Shown piece by piece: positions 18,459 through 29,503 of a stretch of 64,000 bases of DNA (position 1 is the first letter of the stretch; the number at the start of each line of letters is the position of its first letter). The stretch is from an uncultured Clostridiaceae bacterium (GTDB lineage Bacteria; Bacillota_I; Bacilli_A; RFN20; CAG-288). The notes under the pieces were generated by a model. That model saw nothing but the letters and a program-made list of their open reading frames with translations, was not told the origin of the DNA and did not search any database. The stretch covers positions 1,852 through 65,851 of the forward strand of contig CAYRUQ010000003.1 in the NCBI GenBank assembly GCA_964427595.1, written 5' to 3'. The translations under genes were made by a program, and so were the position numbers.

Positions 18459-19349
18459 TCAATCAATCGAAACTATCTGATATTCTCTACTTCCTAAACC
18501 GTGCTCATTAGCAGCTTCAACCGTTCTGATTCCATGGCGTGAATTCATTCTTTCAATCAAGGCTTTCTTACCAGAATCAGGAGAATTGATGACAGCATCA
18601 TAACAAGCTTGATCGATAGCGACCGGATCTAAAGAAGCGAAGATACCGATATCAGCCATCTCCGGTTCAGCCGGGTTAGAATCACAATCACAATCGACTG
18701 ATAAACGATTAGCGACGTTGATATAAATCATGTTCTTAGCACCTTTATATGAGATGATTGCTTTACAAGCATCGGCCATCGATTCTAAGAAATCGTCTTG
18801 CTCAGTCTTTAAAGTCCAGCAATCTTTAGAAGAGATAGTCTTACCTGCTGAATGGATATAAGCTTTTCCATGAGTGGAGGCAATACCGATAGCGACATTC
18901 TTCAAAGCACCACCAAAACCACCCATCACATGTCCTTTGAAGTGAGAGAGAACAAGAATCTGATCATACTCATCAAAATTCTGACCGATGATATCTTTAT
19001 CGAGATGGAAGCCGTTTTCAACCGGTATCTCTTTCTCACCAAACTCGTCCATGATATCGACTTTAGCGATCTTAGTAAAACCATGGTTCTCGATAGTTTT
19101 CCAGTGGTCAATAGTCGCTTCTCGTGAACCACCATAAGCGGTGTTACATTCTAAGATGGTTCCTTTCACTTCATCGATTAAATCCTTGATAAACTCAGGA
19201 TGAAGATAGTTATTACCACCTTGTTCACCAGTGGAAAGCTTGACACCGACTTTTCCTTTTAAAGGATTATCACCGACTAGTTTCTTATAAATCTTAACTA
19301 ATGAATCAGAAGAGATTTCTTTGGTGAAATAAACGATTGAAGCAGCCAT
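18459..19349 (-). CDS. DUF362-like protein
   Basis: 296 aa, preceded by GGAGGA SD. Blocks KVGVKLSTGE and GGFGGALKNVAIG resemble DUF362 as I remember it. Confidence 0.55.
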   Translation of the reverse strand: MAASIVYFTKEISSDSLVKIYKKLVGDNPLKGKVGVKLSTGEQGGNNYLHPEFIKDLIDEVKGTILECNTAYGGSREATIDHWKTIENHGFTKIAKVDIMDEFGEKEIPVENGFHLDKDIIGQNFDEYDQILVLSHFKGHVMGGFGGALKNVAIGIASTHGKAYIHSAGKTISSKDCWTLKTEQDDFLESMADACKAIISYKGAKNMIYINVANRLSVDCDCDSNPAEPEMADIGIFASLDPVAIDQACYDAVINSPDSGKKALIERMNSRHGIRTVEAANEHGLGSREYQIVSID

Positions 19350-19402
19350 CTTTAAATCCTCCTATCTAATATTAAATACCAAAATCGATAAATTTAAATA
19401 TG

Positions 19403-19430
19403 AAAAACCGCCCGGAGAGCAATCCGGGCG
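19403..19430 (-). terminator. Rho-independent terminator after tuf
   Basis: CGCCCGGA-TTGCTC-TCCGGGCG is a perfect 8-bp stem, followed by G+TTTTT. Confidence 0.75.
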
Positions 19431-19460
19431 ATTTAATTGAGCTAAGCTTTAAAACTATGA

Positions 19461-20645
19461 TTAGTCAAGTAAAGCGGAGACGGTACCAGCACCGACGGTC
19501 TTTCCACCTTCACGGATGGAGAACTTGGTGTTGTTCTCGATAGCGATGGGGTGGATGAGCTCGACAGTGAGCTCGATGTTGTCGCCAGGCATGACCATAG
19601 GAGTATCGGCAGGAAGAGTGATGTTACCAGTGACATCGGTAGTTCTGAAGTAGAACTGAGGTCTGTAGTTGTTGGTGAAAGCAGTATGACGACCACCTTC
19701 TTCCTTCTTTAAGACATAGACCTGAGCCTTGAACTTCTTATGAGGAGTGACAGAGCCGGGTTTGCAGAGAACTTGACCACGGACGATCTGATCACGATCG
19801 ACACCTCTTAAGAGGGCGCCGACGTTATCACCAGCCTCAGCGAAGTCGAGGATCTTACGGAACATTTCAAGGGAGGTGCAGACGCACTTACGAGTATCCT
19901 TGATACCGACGATTTCAACTTCATCGTTGGGGTGGATGACACCTCTTTCGACTCTACCAGTAGCGACGGTACCACGACCGGTGATGGTCATGACATCTTC
20001 GACAGCCATTAAGAAAGGCTTCTCGTTGTCTCTGGTAGGAGTGGGGATGTAGCTATCGACAGAATCCATCAACTCGATGATAGCTTTCTGAGCTTCTTCA
20101 TCGCCGTTTAAAGCGTTGAGAGCAGAACCTCTGATGACGGGAACTTCATCGCCGGGGAAGCCATAAGAAGAGAGAAGTTCACGAACTTCCATCTCGACTA
20201 AATCGACGAGTTCAGGATCATCGACATCATCGCACTTGTTGAGGAAGACGACGATATAAGGAACTCCGACCTGACGAGCGAGTAAGACGTGCTCGGTGGT
20301 CTGAGGCATAACACCATCAGTAGCAGCGACGACTAAGATAGCACCGTCCATCTGAGCAGCACCAGTGATCATGTTCTTGATGTAGTCAGCGTGACCAGGG
20401 CAGTCGACGTGGCAGTAATGTCTAGTGGCAGTTTCGTACTCGATGTGAGCAGCGTTGATTGTGACACCACGCGCTTTTTCTTCCGGAGCGGCATCAATCT
20501 GATCATAACGCATAGCTTGAGCATAACCAGCTTTAGCTAAGGTTTGAGTGATGGCGGCGGTAAGAGTGGTCTTTCCGTGGTCGACATGACCGATGGTGCC
20601 GATATTAACATTCGGTTTAGAACGGTCAAACTTTTGTTTAGCCAT
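19461..20645 (-). CDS. tuf: Elongation factor Tu
   Basis: [22 protein letters not shown]; full-length 394 aa. Confidence 0.97.
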   Translation of the reverse strand: MAKQKFDRSKPNVNIGTIGHVDHGKTTLTAAITQTLAKAGYAQAMRYDQIDAAPEEKARGVTINAAHIEYETATRHYCHVDCPGHADYIKNMITGAAQMDGAILVVAATDGVMPQTTEHVLLARQVGVPYIVVFLNKCDDVDDPELVDLVEMEVRELLSSYGFPGDEVPVIRGSALNALNGDEEAQKAIIELMDSVDSYIPTPTRDNEKPFLMAVEDVMTITGRGTVATGRVERGVIHPNDEVEIVGIKDTRKCVCTSLEMFRKILDFAEAGDNVGALLRGVDRDQIVRGQVLCKPGSVTPHKKFKAQVYVLKKEEGGRHTAFTNNYRPQFYFRTTDVTGNITLPADTPMVMPGDNIELTVELIHPIAIENNTKFSIREGGKTVGAGTVSALLD

Positions 20646-20723
20646 GATTTGTTTTTTCCTCCAAACAGTTTCTTTATGAATATACGCTTTTTAAGCCAAA
20701 TTTACAAGAAGTGAAGATAACTT

Positions 20724-22853
20724 TCAGTTTCTCTTCTTGACGATCTCTTCTTGAACGGAACGAGGGACTTCTTGATAGTGATCGAATTCCATACTGTAGA
20801 TACCACGACCTTGGGTCATAGCTCTTAAATCAGAAATGTAACCGAACATATTAGCTAACGGGATTTGGGCAGTGATGACCTGAGCATTAGCCTTTTGAAC
20901 CATACCTTCGACTGAACCTCTTCTAGAAGAGATATCGCCCATGACAGTACCGACATAATCGAGAGGAGTGGTGATATCAGCTTTGACAATAGGCTCAAGA
21001 AGGACGGGTTGGCAGTTCTCAGCAGCAGCCTTTAATGCCTGTTGAGAAGCTAACTTATAAGCAGCTTCTGAAGAGTCGACATCGTGGTATGAACCGAAGA
21101 CTAAGGTAGCCTTGACATCGATGACCGGATAGCCAGCGATCATACCTCTCTCCATAGCTTCTTTAAGACCTTCGATAGAAGGTTTGATGTATTCCTTAGG
21201 GATGACACCACCGGTGATGGCATCGACGAATTCTAAGCCTTTGCCAGGGTTAGGCTCCATACGGAAGACAACGTGACCATATTGACCGTGTCCACCAGAT
21301 TGCTTGATGTATTTTCCTTCGCATTCTGCGACTTTTTTGACAGTTTCACGATAGGCGACTTGAGGAGCACCAACACGGCATTCGATCTTGTAATCGTTTC
21401 TCAAACGAGTGACGTTGACATCGAGTTGGAGCTCACCGACGCCAGCGATGATACCTTGACCAGTCTCTTTATCAGTGTAGTAGTGGAAGGTAGGATCTTC
21501 TTCAGTGAATTTGATGAGGCAAGCAGCCATCTTATCCTGATCATGTTTAGAGACAGGTTCGATAGCTTCGGAGATGACGGGATCAGCAAACTTGATGCTT
21601 TCAAGAGTGACATGCGGATCGTTCTCACCGACTAAAGTATCACCAGTTCTAGTGGAGGAGAAGCCGACAGCAGCAGCGATTTCACCAGCTTTAGCTTCAT
21701 TGATAGTTTCAGAAGAAGAAGCGTTGACTAAGATCAAACGAGAGACACGCTCCTTGATACCTTTTCTGACGTTGTAGACATAAGAACCAGACTTGATCGT
21801 ACCGGAGTAGACACGGAAGAAGCACATGTTACCGAATTGGTTGGTGGTGATCTTGAAGGCTAAAGCGACGAAAGGTGCCTTAGGATCAGGATTGCAGATG
21901 TAATCGGCATCGTTTTCATCCTTACCGACAGAAGGTTTGACATCAAGAGGAGAAGGAAGGAAGGTGGTGACGGCGTCGAGTAAGTACTGAACGCCCTTGT
22001 TCTTATAGGCAGAGCCAGGGATACAAGGGAAGATGGAACCGGACATGACAGCATTTCTGATAGCCTTGTTGATAGCTTCAACACTAGGTTCGGCACCTTC
22101 AAGGATGCAGGACATGATGTCATCATCATAGTTAGCTAATTGCTCAAGCATCGTGTCACGATAGACCTTAGCTTGCTCAACATCGTGAGAATAATCAGCA
22201 GGAACTTGATCGAGATCGACGATGTTAGGAGCCATCAAGGATGACTTCTTAGGATCGAGATCCCATAACCAAGCCTTCATCGTGATCAAGTCGATGAGAC
22301 CGAGAAGTCTGTTTTCCAGACCGATGGGGTAGGCGATAGCGACGCCATTGCCTCCCAACTTCTCTTTGATAGAATCGACAGACATTTCATAATCGGCGCC
22401 GATAGCGTCGAGCTTGTTGACGAAGACGATTCTAGGGATGTTGTACTTATCTGCTTGTCTCCAAACGGTTTCAGTTTGAGGTTCAACACCGTTTTTACCA
22501 TCGAGGACGCAAACAGCACCATCTAAGACACGGAGAGATCTCTCGACTTCAGCGGTGAAGTCGACGTGCCCAGGAGTATCGATCAAGTTGATACGATAGT
22601 CCTTCCAAAGGCAGGTGGTAGCAGCTGAGTAGATGGTGATACCTCTCTTCTGCTCCTGAGGATCGAAGTCCATTGATGCGCCTCCATCATGAACTTCGCC
22701 GATCTTATGAGTCTTACCTGTATAGAAGAGAATACGTTCGGATGTAGTAGTTTTACCGGCATCGATATGAGCCATGATGCCGATGTTTCTAACATGATCA
22801 AGCGGTACGGCTTTGTATGTCGCAATTCTCGCTTGGTCGTTATCCATTGCCAT
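20724..22853 (-). CDS. fusA: Elongation factor G
   Basis: [26 protein letters not shown]; 709 aa; sits between rpsG and tuf. Confidence 0.97.
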   Translation of the reverse strand: MAMDNDQARIATYKAVPLDHVRNIGIMAHIDAGKTTTSERILFYTGKTHKIGEVHDGGASMDFDPQEQKRGITIYSAATTCLWKDYRINLIDTPGHVDFTAEVERSLRVLDGAVCVLDGKNGVEPQTETVWRQADKYNIPRIVFVNKLDAIGADYEMSVDSIKEKLGGNGVAIAYPIGLENRLLGLIDLITMKAWLWDLDPKKSSLMAPNIVDLDQVPADYSHDVEQAKVYRDTMLEQLANYDDDIMSCILEGAEPSVEAINKAIRNAVMSGSIFPCIPGSAYKNKGVQYLLDAVTTFLPSPLDVKPSVGKDENDADYICNPDPKAPFVALAFKITTNQFGNMCFFRVYSGTIKSGSYVYNVRKGIKERVSRLILVNASSSETINEAKAGEIAAAVGFSSTRTGDTLVGENDPHVTLESIKFADPVISEAIEPVSKHDQDKMAACLIKFTEEDPTFHYYTDKETGQGIIAGVGELQLDVNVTRLRNDYKIECRVGAPQVAYRETVKKVAECEGKYIKQSGGHGQYGHVVFRMEPNPGKGLEFVDAITGGVIPKEYIKPSIEGLKEAMERGMIAGYPVIDVKATLVFGSYHDVDSSEAAYKLASQQALKAAAENCQPVLLEPIVKADITTPLDYVGTVMGDISSRRGSVEGMVQKANAQVITAQIPLANMFGYISDLRAMTQGRGIYSMEFDHYQEVPRSVQEEIVKKRN

Positions 22854-22877
22854 AGTTCATTTCTCCTTTTGAGGTTA

Positions 22878-23351
22878 TTACCAACGATAGTGAGCGTAGG
22901 CTTTATTAGCTTCAGCGGTCTTGTGCATCTCATCACGACGCTTGACAGAACCACCGGTTCCATTAGCAGCATCGATGATCTCACCAGCTAACTTATCAGT
23001 CATCGTCTTCTCGTTACGAAGACGAGCATAGGTGACAAGCCATCTGAGTCCTAAGGTCACTCTTCTATCAGGAGCGACTTCGACAGGGACTTGATAGTTA
23101 CTAGCACCGACTCTTCTAGCTTTGAGTTCGACATCAGGCATGACATTACCTAAGGCGATCTCGAAGACTTCTAATGCGGGTTTACCGGTTTTAGCGGTGA
23201 CTTTATCAAAAGCACCATAGAGAATCTTCTGGGCAGTGCCCTTCTTTCCATCTAACATGATGCGGTTGATCAAGCGGGTCACTAATTTAGAGTTATAAAT
23301 AGGATCCGGGAGGACATCTCTTTTTTGAACAGAACCATTCTTTCTAGGCAT
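22878..23351 (-). CDS. rpsG: 30S ribosomal protein S7
   Basis: [29 protein letters not shown]. Start moved to MPRK. Confidence 0.95.
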   Translation of the reverse strand: MPRKNGSVQKRDVLPDPIYNSKLVTRLINRIMLDGKKGTAQKILYGAFDKVTAKTGKPALEVFEIALGNVMPDVELKARRVGASNYQVPVEVAPDRRVTLGLRWLVTYARLRNEKTMTDKLAGEIIDAANGTGGSVKRRDEMHKTAEANKAYAHYRW

Positions 23352-23377
23352 AATACACAATACTCCTTCTTCTTAGA

Positions 23378-23803
23378 TTACTTCTTCTGGACGCTGCCGT
23401 CTCTCTTGGTTCCGTAGAGTGATCTACCTTGCTTACGGTTTTCAACACCGAAGCACTCCAAGGCACCACGAATGATGTGGTATCTGACGCCAGGGAGATC
23501 ACGGACATGACCGCCTCTGATCAAAACCACCTTATGCTCTTGCAAGTTGTGACCTTCACCACCGATATAAGCGGTGACTTCATAACCATTGGAGAGCCTG
23601 ACTCTGGCGTATTTTCTAGCAGCAGAGTTAGGTTTCTTAGGAGTCATAGTACCCACACGGGTGCAAACTCCCTTCTTTTGAGGAGAAGGAATATATCTCT
23701 CCTTCTTGTTTAATGAATCCCATCTCTTACCCAAAGCAGGCGATTTGGACTTGTAGACGGGTTTGCGTCTTTCATGACGCACCAATTGATTGATTGTCGG
23801 CAT
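23378..23803 (-). CDS. rpsL: 30S ribosomal protein S12
   Basis: MPTINQLVR...PKKPNSA.RK; GGAGGAAAGAA SD. The ORF-track TTG extension covers the promoter and leader. Confidence 0.95.
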   Translation of the reverse strand: MPTINQLVRHERRKPVYKSKSPALGKRWDSLNKKERYIPSPQKKGVCTRVGTMTPKKPNSAARKYARVRLSNGYEVTAYIGGEGHNLQEHKVVLIRGGHVRDLPGVRYHIIRGALECFGVENRKQGRSLYGTKRDGSVQKK

Positions 23804-23909
23804 TTCTTTCCTCCCGAATGCTTTAATGCTTTTTATTGTCCACAGACCCGGGCGTTTTCCGTTCTCCCCATAAAAAGAACGGGGCAAAGCCCGTGCAAAG
23901 ACAAGCAAA

Positions 23910-23937
23910 ATTATATACGATGAAAATCGAAAGTCAA
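23910..23937 (-). promoter_or_regulatory. Sigma-70-type promoter of the str operon
   Basis: TTGACT-N16-TATAAT on the minus strand, about 105 nt upstream of the rpsL ATG. Confidence 0.55.
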
Positions 23938-23999
23938 TTTATAAAAGTAAACTTTTTTTCAAAAATTGATACACCCGGACTAGTGTTCATGTTTTCAAC

Positions 24000-24025
24000 A
24001 AAAAAACCGAGGCATTTCACCCCGG
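24000..24025 (-). terminator. Rho-independent terminator after the BI-1/YccA gene
   Basis: CCGGGG-TGAAATG-CCTCGG (one G-U pair), followed by T7. Confidence 0.6.
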
Positions 24026-24069
24026 CTAAATATTACATTTGCTCTTTTTTAACTACAACTATTAACTAC

Positions 24070-24828
24070 TTATTTACGACGACCAGCAAAGATGAGAACA
24101 TACATGAGAACACGGATGAAGATGTAGATGAAATCGACATAGAGATTGAAAGCACAATAGATAGAAAGCGAATTCTTGTTGTCATCAAGCATCTTGTTTT
24201 CTGCTAACTTCTTGACTCTGTTGATATCAACAGCGGTGACGACGAGGATGACACCTAACATGATGAAGTCGACGATCCAATAAACCATCGAAGAGCCGAT
24301 GAAGAAGTTGACGAGAGAGATGACAAGACAACCGATCATCAATGAGGATAGAAGCGGGAAAACGATGCTTAGATTCTTCTTAGTTGCACTTCCGATAAGA
24401 CCCATCAATAAGAAGCAACCAGAAGTGATAGCAAACGCTAATCCGATCGTCCACATCGCATCAGTTGTTGAACCGAGAGACACCATGACCATCAAGAACA
24501 CTGATGAGAGAAGAATACCCATCGCTGCCGCATAGATGAGATAACCGATCATCACACCTTTTGATTTAGGTTTGAAGCTCTTCATGTTGATGATGAACAT
24601 ACAAGGGAACATGATGATCGCTGAGACGACTAGAAGAACAACATACGTGGTAAAGCTAGCAGCACTATCCGTATTAAGAAGAATATAAGGCAAAGACAAA
24701 GAAACAACAGCTGTGACTAATAACCCGATACCAAGCCATATGAAGACACGAGTCATCGGGAATTCCCTAGCTATTGGTCTAGTTTTCTCTTCTTTTACTT
24801 CATAATTTTCGGGAGTAAAAGCTTCCAT
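24070..24828 (-). CDS. Bax-inhibitor-1/YccA family membrane protein
   Basis: 7-TM profile. The C-terminal LSIYCAFNLYVDFIYIFIRVL tail is typical of the family. Confidence 0.8.
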   Translation of the reverse strand: MEAFTPENYEVKEEKTRPIAREFPMTRVFIWLGIGLLVTAVVSLSLPYILLNTDSAASFTTYVVLLVVSAIIMFPCMFIINMKSFKPKSKGVMIGYLIYAAAMGILLSSVFLMVMVSLGSTTDAMWTIGLAFAITSGCFLLMGLIGSATKKNLSIVFPLLSSLMIGCLVISLVNFFIGSSMVYWIVDFIMLGVILVVTAVDINRVKKLAENKMLDDNKNSLSIYCAFNLYVDFIYIFIRVLMYVLIFAGRRK

Positions 24829-25086
24829 TTTTTATCCTCCTTTCTTAACACAAAAGGTCTCTTTTTATTCCTTGAGCCAAATTATTATTTTTCAGAAAGA
24901 AGATAAAATCAAGTAAAAATATCTCACACTGAAAGATTTTTTTGAAAACAACATCCGATTTTAGTTTTGAAAGAGTAAATTAGCATTCTTGAAAATCGCC
25001 GAATTTAGTTAATATTTGGCGCTTTTTTTGTTTTCTGTTAAAATGAAAATGCAAAATCAAGCATTAAATAAAAAAGGACTTACAAC

Positions 25087-25935
25087 ATGGAGAATAAAAC
25101 CAAAATCGCTCTTCTCTATGACTTCGATAAAACTCTCTGTACTACCGATATGCAAAACTACTCCTTCATCCCTTCTTTAAACATCAAGCCAAGTGAGTTT
25201 TGGAACAAATGTAACGAGATTTCTAAAGCCAATCATATGGAGCCTCTTTTATCCTATATGTATCTGATGCTTGAAGAGGCTAAGAAAAAGAATCTTCACA
25301 TCAATAGAGAGAGCCTTGTTCAAATGGGTAAGGATATAAAATTCTTCCAAGGTGTTGAAAGTTGGTTTCCTAGAATAAATGCTTATGCTAAAGCGAAGAA
25401 TATCGATATCTATCACTATATCATCTCCTCTGGTAATGCTGAGATCATCGAGGGATCTTCCATCTACAAATACTTCCATAAAGTCTTCGCTTGTGAGTTC
25501 CTTTATGTTGATGATGTAGCTGTCTGGCCAAAAAGCGTCGTCAATTACACCACTAAAACTCAGTTCCTTTTCCGTATCAATAAGGGTGTCTTTGATATCG
25601 CCGAAAACGATAAGATCAACGAATCGACTCCCGAATCAGAGAAGATCATCCCCTTTAAAAACATGATTTACATTGCTGATGGACTCACTGATGTTCCTTG
25701 TATGAAACTAGTCAAAGAAAAAGGCGGCCAATCGATCGCCGTCTATTCAAGAAATAAGAAACCTTTAGCTTCTAAACTCTTCTCCGACAAGAGGGTCGAC
25801 TTCATCTGTGAAGCTAACTACTCAGAAGGAAGCAAGATTGAGCAGATCGTCAAACTCATCATCGATAAGATGGACTGTCAGTCTCAACTTGCGAGAATTC
25901 ATAACAAACAAGAAAAAGATATCAACACTTACTGA
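25087..25935 (+). CDS. HAD-superfamily hydrolase
   Basis: Motif I LYDFDKTL and motif IV YIADGLTDVP. Confidence 0.7.
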   Translation: MENKTKIALLYDFDKTLCTTDMQNYSFIPSLNIKPSEFWNKCNEISKANHMEPLLSYMYLMLEEAKKKNLHINRESLVQMGKDIKFFQGVESWFPRINAYAKAKNIDIYHYIISSGNAEIIEGSSIYKYFHKVFACEFLYVDDVAVWPKSVVNYTTKTQFLFRINKGVFDIAENDKINESTPESEKIIPFKNMIYIADGLTDVPCMKLVKEKGGQSIAVYSRNKKPLASKLFSDKRVDFICEANYSEGSKIEQIVKLIIDKMDCQSQLARIHNKQEKDINTY

Positions 25936-26791
25936 CCTTTAAGCACAATTCATAAAGATAATTCTTTTTCAAATCGTATTTTTTAGAAAGAGTTGAAGAT
26001 ATCTCTTTGACTGATTGACCATCAGCTAAAAGAGACTTCATCTCTTTTTTTAATTTCTCTTCGTCGATCTGTTTTTCGCCTTCTTGTTTATTGAGGATGA
26101 TGACGCATTCGCCTTTGACTTCATCGATCAATTCAGAAGCTTCCGAAAGCTTTCCTCTGATGACTTCTTCGTGCATCTTAGTTAGTTCTCTGACGAGGGC
26201 AAATTGTCTGTCACCCCCAAAGACTTCACTCATCACTGATAAGATGGTTTTAACTCTATTTGGTGATTCATAAAAGATTAAAGTCTCTTCTCTATCGACT
26301 AATTTCTTAAGAAAGTTTTTAGCAGTACCTGCTTTTGATGGAAGGAATCCATAAAAAGAGAAATCGGCGCTATCAAAACCGGAGATGACTAAAGCTGAGA
26401 GACAGGCACTCGCTCCCGGAAGAACAGAGACTTGGACACCTTGTTTGATCGCTTCTTTAACAAGAAGACAACCAGGATCAGAGATACCAGGCATTCCAGC
26501 ATCAGAACAATAAGCTAATTTTAATCCCTTCTCTTTAACCTCCTTTATTAAAGAGACAGAGTTTTTGCTCTCTGTCTGTGAATAAAGTGAAATCAATTTC
26601 TTAGGATGAATATCGTAGTGCTTTAGTAAGACTGATGTGTTTCTCGTATCCTCACAGGCGATGATGTCAGCTTCTTTAAGAAAGTTAACCGCTCTGTAAG
26701 TGATATCTTCTAAATTTCCGATAGGAGTAGAGACGAGCATGACTAAAGCGTCACTCATCATCCTCGTGTCCTTTTCTGACAGCTTTGACAT
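25922..26791 (-). CDS. rsmI: 16S rRNA (cytidine1402-2'-O)-methyltransferase
   Basis: LVSTPIGNLEDITYRA...ACEDTR. An alternative start MSDALV at 26758 would shorten the overlap with ricT. Confidence 0.9.
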   Translation of the reverse strand: MSKLSEKDTRMMSDALVMLVSTPIGNLEDITYRAVNFLKEADIIACEDTRNTSVLLKHYDIHPKKLISLYSQTESKNSVSLIKEVKEKGLKLAYCSDAGMPGISDPGCLLVKEAIKQGVQVSVLPGASACLSALVISGFDSADFSFYGFLPSKAGTAKNFLKKLVDREETLIFYESPNRVKTILSVMSEVFGGDRQFALVRELTKMHEEVIRGKLSEASELIDEVKGECVIILNKQEGEKQIDEEKLKKEMKSLLADGQSVKEISSTLSKKYDLKKNYLYELCLKVSKC

Positions 26792-27887
26792 TCAAAACTT
26801 CACGGTCAGCGATTTGTGAAACAGGGATAAATCCACTATCCTTTTGAACTTTTCTAGCTTGGTGATGATGGTGATTATCGTTTCTATGATTATTTCTATT
26901 GTTTTTGTTAAATCTCTCGTTTTTCTTAGAAGATACTTCTTTTCTTACTTCTTCGGAGTGTTTTTCTTCGAAGCGTTTGATCTGTTCGAGTCTATCATTA
27001 GTATCATTGATGCCTCTTCCAGAGAGATTAACATTGGCGTTGACATCAGCGATCAATTCTTTTTCATCGCCTTTATCTAAACCTTGTTTGACTCTTTCAA
27101 ACTGTTCTAAAGTGAAGTACTCATAATTCTCACCATTGTAAGTGGTGATGATTCCGCTTAAGACATTGAGACTGGTGACTTCGAATTCAGTTTTACGATA
27201 ATTGATCTTATCTCCAATTTTGGGGAAATCTTTCTTAGCTTCAGTATAAGCATCATCCTCATACTTAAGACAACACATCAATTTTCCACATTGTCCAGAA
27301 AGCTTAGGGATATTGATGGCGAGAAGCTGATTTTTAGCCATCGAGATGGAGATGCCATCAAAAGAAGTTAAGAAAGTCGTACAGCAAAAAGGTAGTCCAC
27401 AAGGCCCAATCCCACCTATTAATTTAGCCTGATCACGAGGACCGATTTGACGAAGCTCAACTCTGAGATGGAATAATCCGATCAGTATCTTAACTAGTTC
27501 TCTGAAATCAACACGATTTTCAGCGATAAAAGTTATCAAAACCTTATCACCTGAGATATCTAAATAAGAAGAGAGGATACGCATATCAAGATTGAGGTTA
27601 TCAGCCTCTTCTTGAGTAGTTTTAGTTATCTCTCTTTCTTTTTCTTTAGCTTCTCTATCAAAAGCGATGTCTTGAAAACTAGCGATTCTATCAATAGGAG
27701 GATAGATCGTTATAAAGTCATCTCTTTGTAATTCTTCTTCTTCCGGTGTTCTGATTTTCTTAACTTCACCGATGAATGTTCCATGGGCAGTAGAGCAGAC
27801 GACCTTGGTTCCTTTCTCCACATCCTTATTGGTGGAGTAGTAACACATACCGGTGAAATCAAAGGAAACTCCTATCAAATTGGTCAT
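26751..27887 (-). CDS. ricT: PSP1-domain protein RicT/YaaT with a basic/His-rich C-terminal tail
   Basis: CGLPFCC...CGKLMCCLKYE; ATG at 27887 preceded by GAGGAA. The ORF-track start is a TTG at 27905. Confidence 0.85.
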   Translation of the reverse strand: MTNLIGVSFDFTGMCYYSTNKDVEKGTKVVCSTAHGTFIGEVKKIRTPEEEELQRDDFITIYPPIDRIASFQDIAFDREAKEKEREITKTTQEEADNLNLDMRILSSYLDISGDKVLITFIAENRVDFRELVKILIGLFHLRVELRQIGPRDQAKLIGGIGPCGLPFCCTTFLTSFDGISISMAKNQLLAINIPKLSGQCGKLMCCLKYEDDAYTEAKKDFPKIGDKINYRKTEFEVTSLNVLSGIITTYNGENYEYFTLEQFERVKQGLDKGDEKELIADVNANVNLSGRGINDTNDRLEQIKRFEEKHSEEVRKEVSSKKNERFNKNNRNNHRNDNHHHHQARKVQKDSGFIPVSQIADREVLNVKAVRKGHEDDE

Positions 27888-27888
27888 A

Positions 27889-28878
27889 TCAATATTCCTC
27901 GTCAATAATCTTAATTAGCTTAGCGACAATCAAAAGAGGGCTTAGGTTGAGCTGTTTTAAAGAGATAGCTTCTCTGATGACATCCACCAGGTCGCTGATA
28001 GCTGTTGTATGTAGACTCAGTTCTTTTATCACATCTGAGAATGGACAATCATTCTTCTCTAATAGCAAGGCGTTAGTGAAGATCACATTTAAAGTGCGAT
28101 ACATCCAATTATAACACTGACTATCTTTCAGCTGGTATGTCGCCTTAAGAAGGAGATAAGAGGCTTTTTTCTTATTGACGACTAACTCATAAAGGAAAGA
28201 TTCAGCAGCTGCAAATCCTTCAAAAAAGCTACTGTTATCCTCAAGAGTGTCTTTCACTTCGTCGATATTTGAATAATACTTGCTCAAGATATAAGCCTCA
28301 GGAGCTGAGATAGTTTTGACTTCTTTTCCATAGGTGAATTCAAGTCCAGTGATATCTTCTTCAAACTCTTTATCACTGAGTGGATCTACTCTCACTTCTA
28401 AACACCTAGAACGGATAGTAGGAAGAACTCTTTCGATATTAGAAGCGGTGAGAAAAGCTACCTGTCCTTCTCTTGGCTCTTCTAAAAACTTAAGGAGGGC
28501 GTTAGCAGCTTCTGGAGTGATGTTTTGAATCTGATTGATGACATAAACAAGCCGATGATTCTTTTCAAAAGAAGATAATGAGAAAGAATCTTCTAAAGCT
28601 TTGATATCCTCTTTCTTAATCGTCGTGTTATTTCCGTCAATCAAATAAAAATCTGGTCTTATTCCTTTATTGAATCTCAAACAGCTATCACAGTTATCAC
28701 AAGCTAGCAAATCTTCTTCACACCACAAAGATTTAGCTAAATACATAGCAGTCTCTTTCAAAGGAGCATTGCTGTTTCCAAAAAGTAGATAAGCATTAGC
28801 TAGCCTATCTTTTTTTCTCGAGTTGACGAAAAGACGAGCGAGTCTAGGCTCAGCATCAAGAAGCGTGATATGATTCAT
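27889..28878 (-). CDS. holB: DNA polymerase III delta-prime subunit
   Basis: NAYLLFGN, CDNCDSCLRF, SRC motif (TIRSRC); position tmk-holB-ricT. Confidence 0.85.
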   Translation of the reverse strand: MNHITLLDAEPRLARLFVNSRKKDRLANAYLLFGNSNAPLKETAMYLAKSLWCEEDLLACDNCDSCLRFNKGIRPDFYLIDGNNTTIKKEDIKALEDSFSLSSFEKNHRLVYVINQIQNITPEAANALLKFLEEPREGQVAFLTASNIERVLPTIRSRCLEVRVDPLSDKEFEEDITGLEFTYGKEVKTISAPEAYILSKYYSNIDEVKDTLEDNSSFFEGFAAAESFLYELVVNKKKASYLLLKATYQLKDSQCYNWMYRTLNVIFTNALLLEKNDCPFSDVIKELSLHTTAISDLVDVIREAISLKQLNLSPLLIVAKLIKIIDEEY

Positions 28879-29503
28879 CTCTTTTCTTAAGTATCAGTTC
28901 TAAACAATCTTTAGTTATCTCTTCTACTGACTTAGAAGCATCGACCCTCTTGATCCTCTCTGGATATTTCTTTAAGAGATAAAGATATCCTTCATAAACA
29001 CTCTTGTGAAAGGAAGAGGCTTCTAAATCAAGTCTATTAACTTCTCTCTTATCATTAGATGAGATACGTTTTAATCCGTCTTCAGGACTCAAATCAAGGA
29101 AGATAGTGAGATCAGGGAAAGTCTCATCAATCGCAAAAGCGTTGATGGCCATAACATCCTCAACACCGATTTTTCTCGCATAACCTTGATAAGCTAATGA
29201 AGAATCTAAATAACGATCACAAAGGATGATATGTCCGCTTTCTAAAGCCGGTAAGACGCTCTCAACCAAATGCTGTCTTCGACTAGCAGCATAAAGAAGA
29301 GCTTCCGTTCTTGAATCCATCTCAACATTCTTCTTATCTAAGATGATATTTCTGATTTCTTCAGCGATTCTACTTCCACCCGGTTCACGAGTCTCAATGA
29401 TCGGTAAAGAAAACTCTCTAAGTTTATTAGCTACGCTTTTCATGGCGGTGGTTTTACCACACCCATCACATCCTTCAAAAGTGATAAAAAGTCCTCTGTT
29501 CAT
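28856..29503 (-). CDS. tmk: Thymidylate kinase
   Basis: FITFEGCDGCGKTT and DRYLDSSLAYQG. Confidence 0.93.
   Translation of the reverse strand: MNRGLFITFEGCDGCGKTTAMKSVANKLREFSLPIIETREPGGSRIAEEIRNIILDKKNVEMDSRTEALLYAASRRQHLVESVLPALESGHIILCDRYLDSSLAYQGYARKIGVEDVMAINAFAIDETFPDLTIFLDLSPEDGLKRISSNDKREVNRLDLEASSFHKSVYEGYLYLLKKYPERIKRVDASKSVEEITKDCLELILKKRDESYHAS

Noticed and set aside
23804-23908. N-terminal extensions in the ORF track for rpsL; similar cases are rpsG, groES (41110-41187), recR, nrdG, tadA and the HAD gene at 45773-45841
   Set aside because: The extensions start at TTG or GTG or lack an SD. They add non-conserved residues ahead of canonical N-termini, and in several cases they cover promoters, CIRCE or the SRP RNA. 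Internal ATGs with good SDs were used instead.
24985-25030. Hairpin plus T-run on the plus strand upstream of the HAD gene, as a possible small RNA terminator
   Set aside because: The stem is imperfect (CGCC/GGCG plus A/T pairs). No convincing upstream promoter or conserved RNA motif was found.
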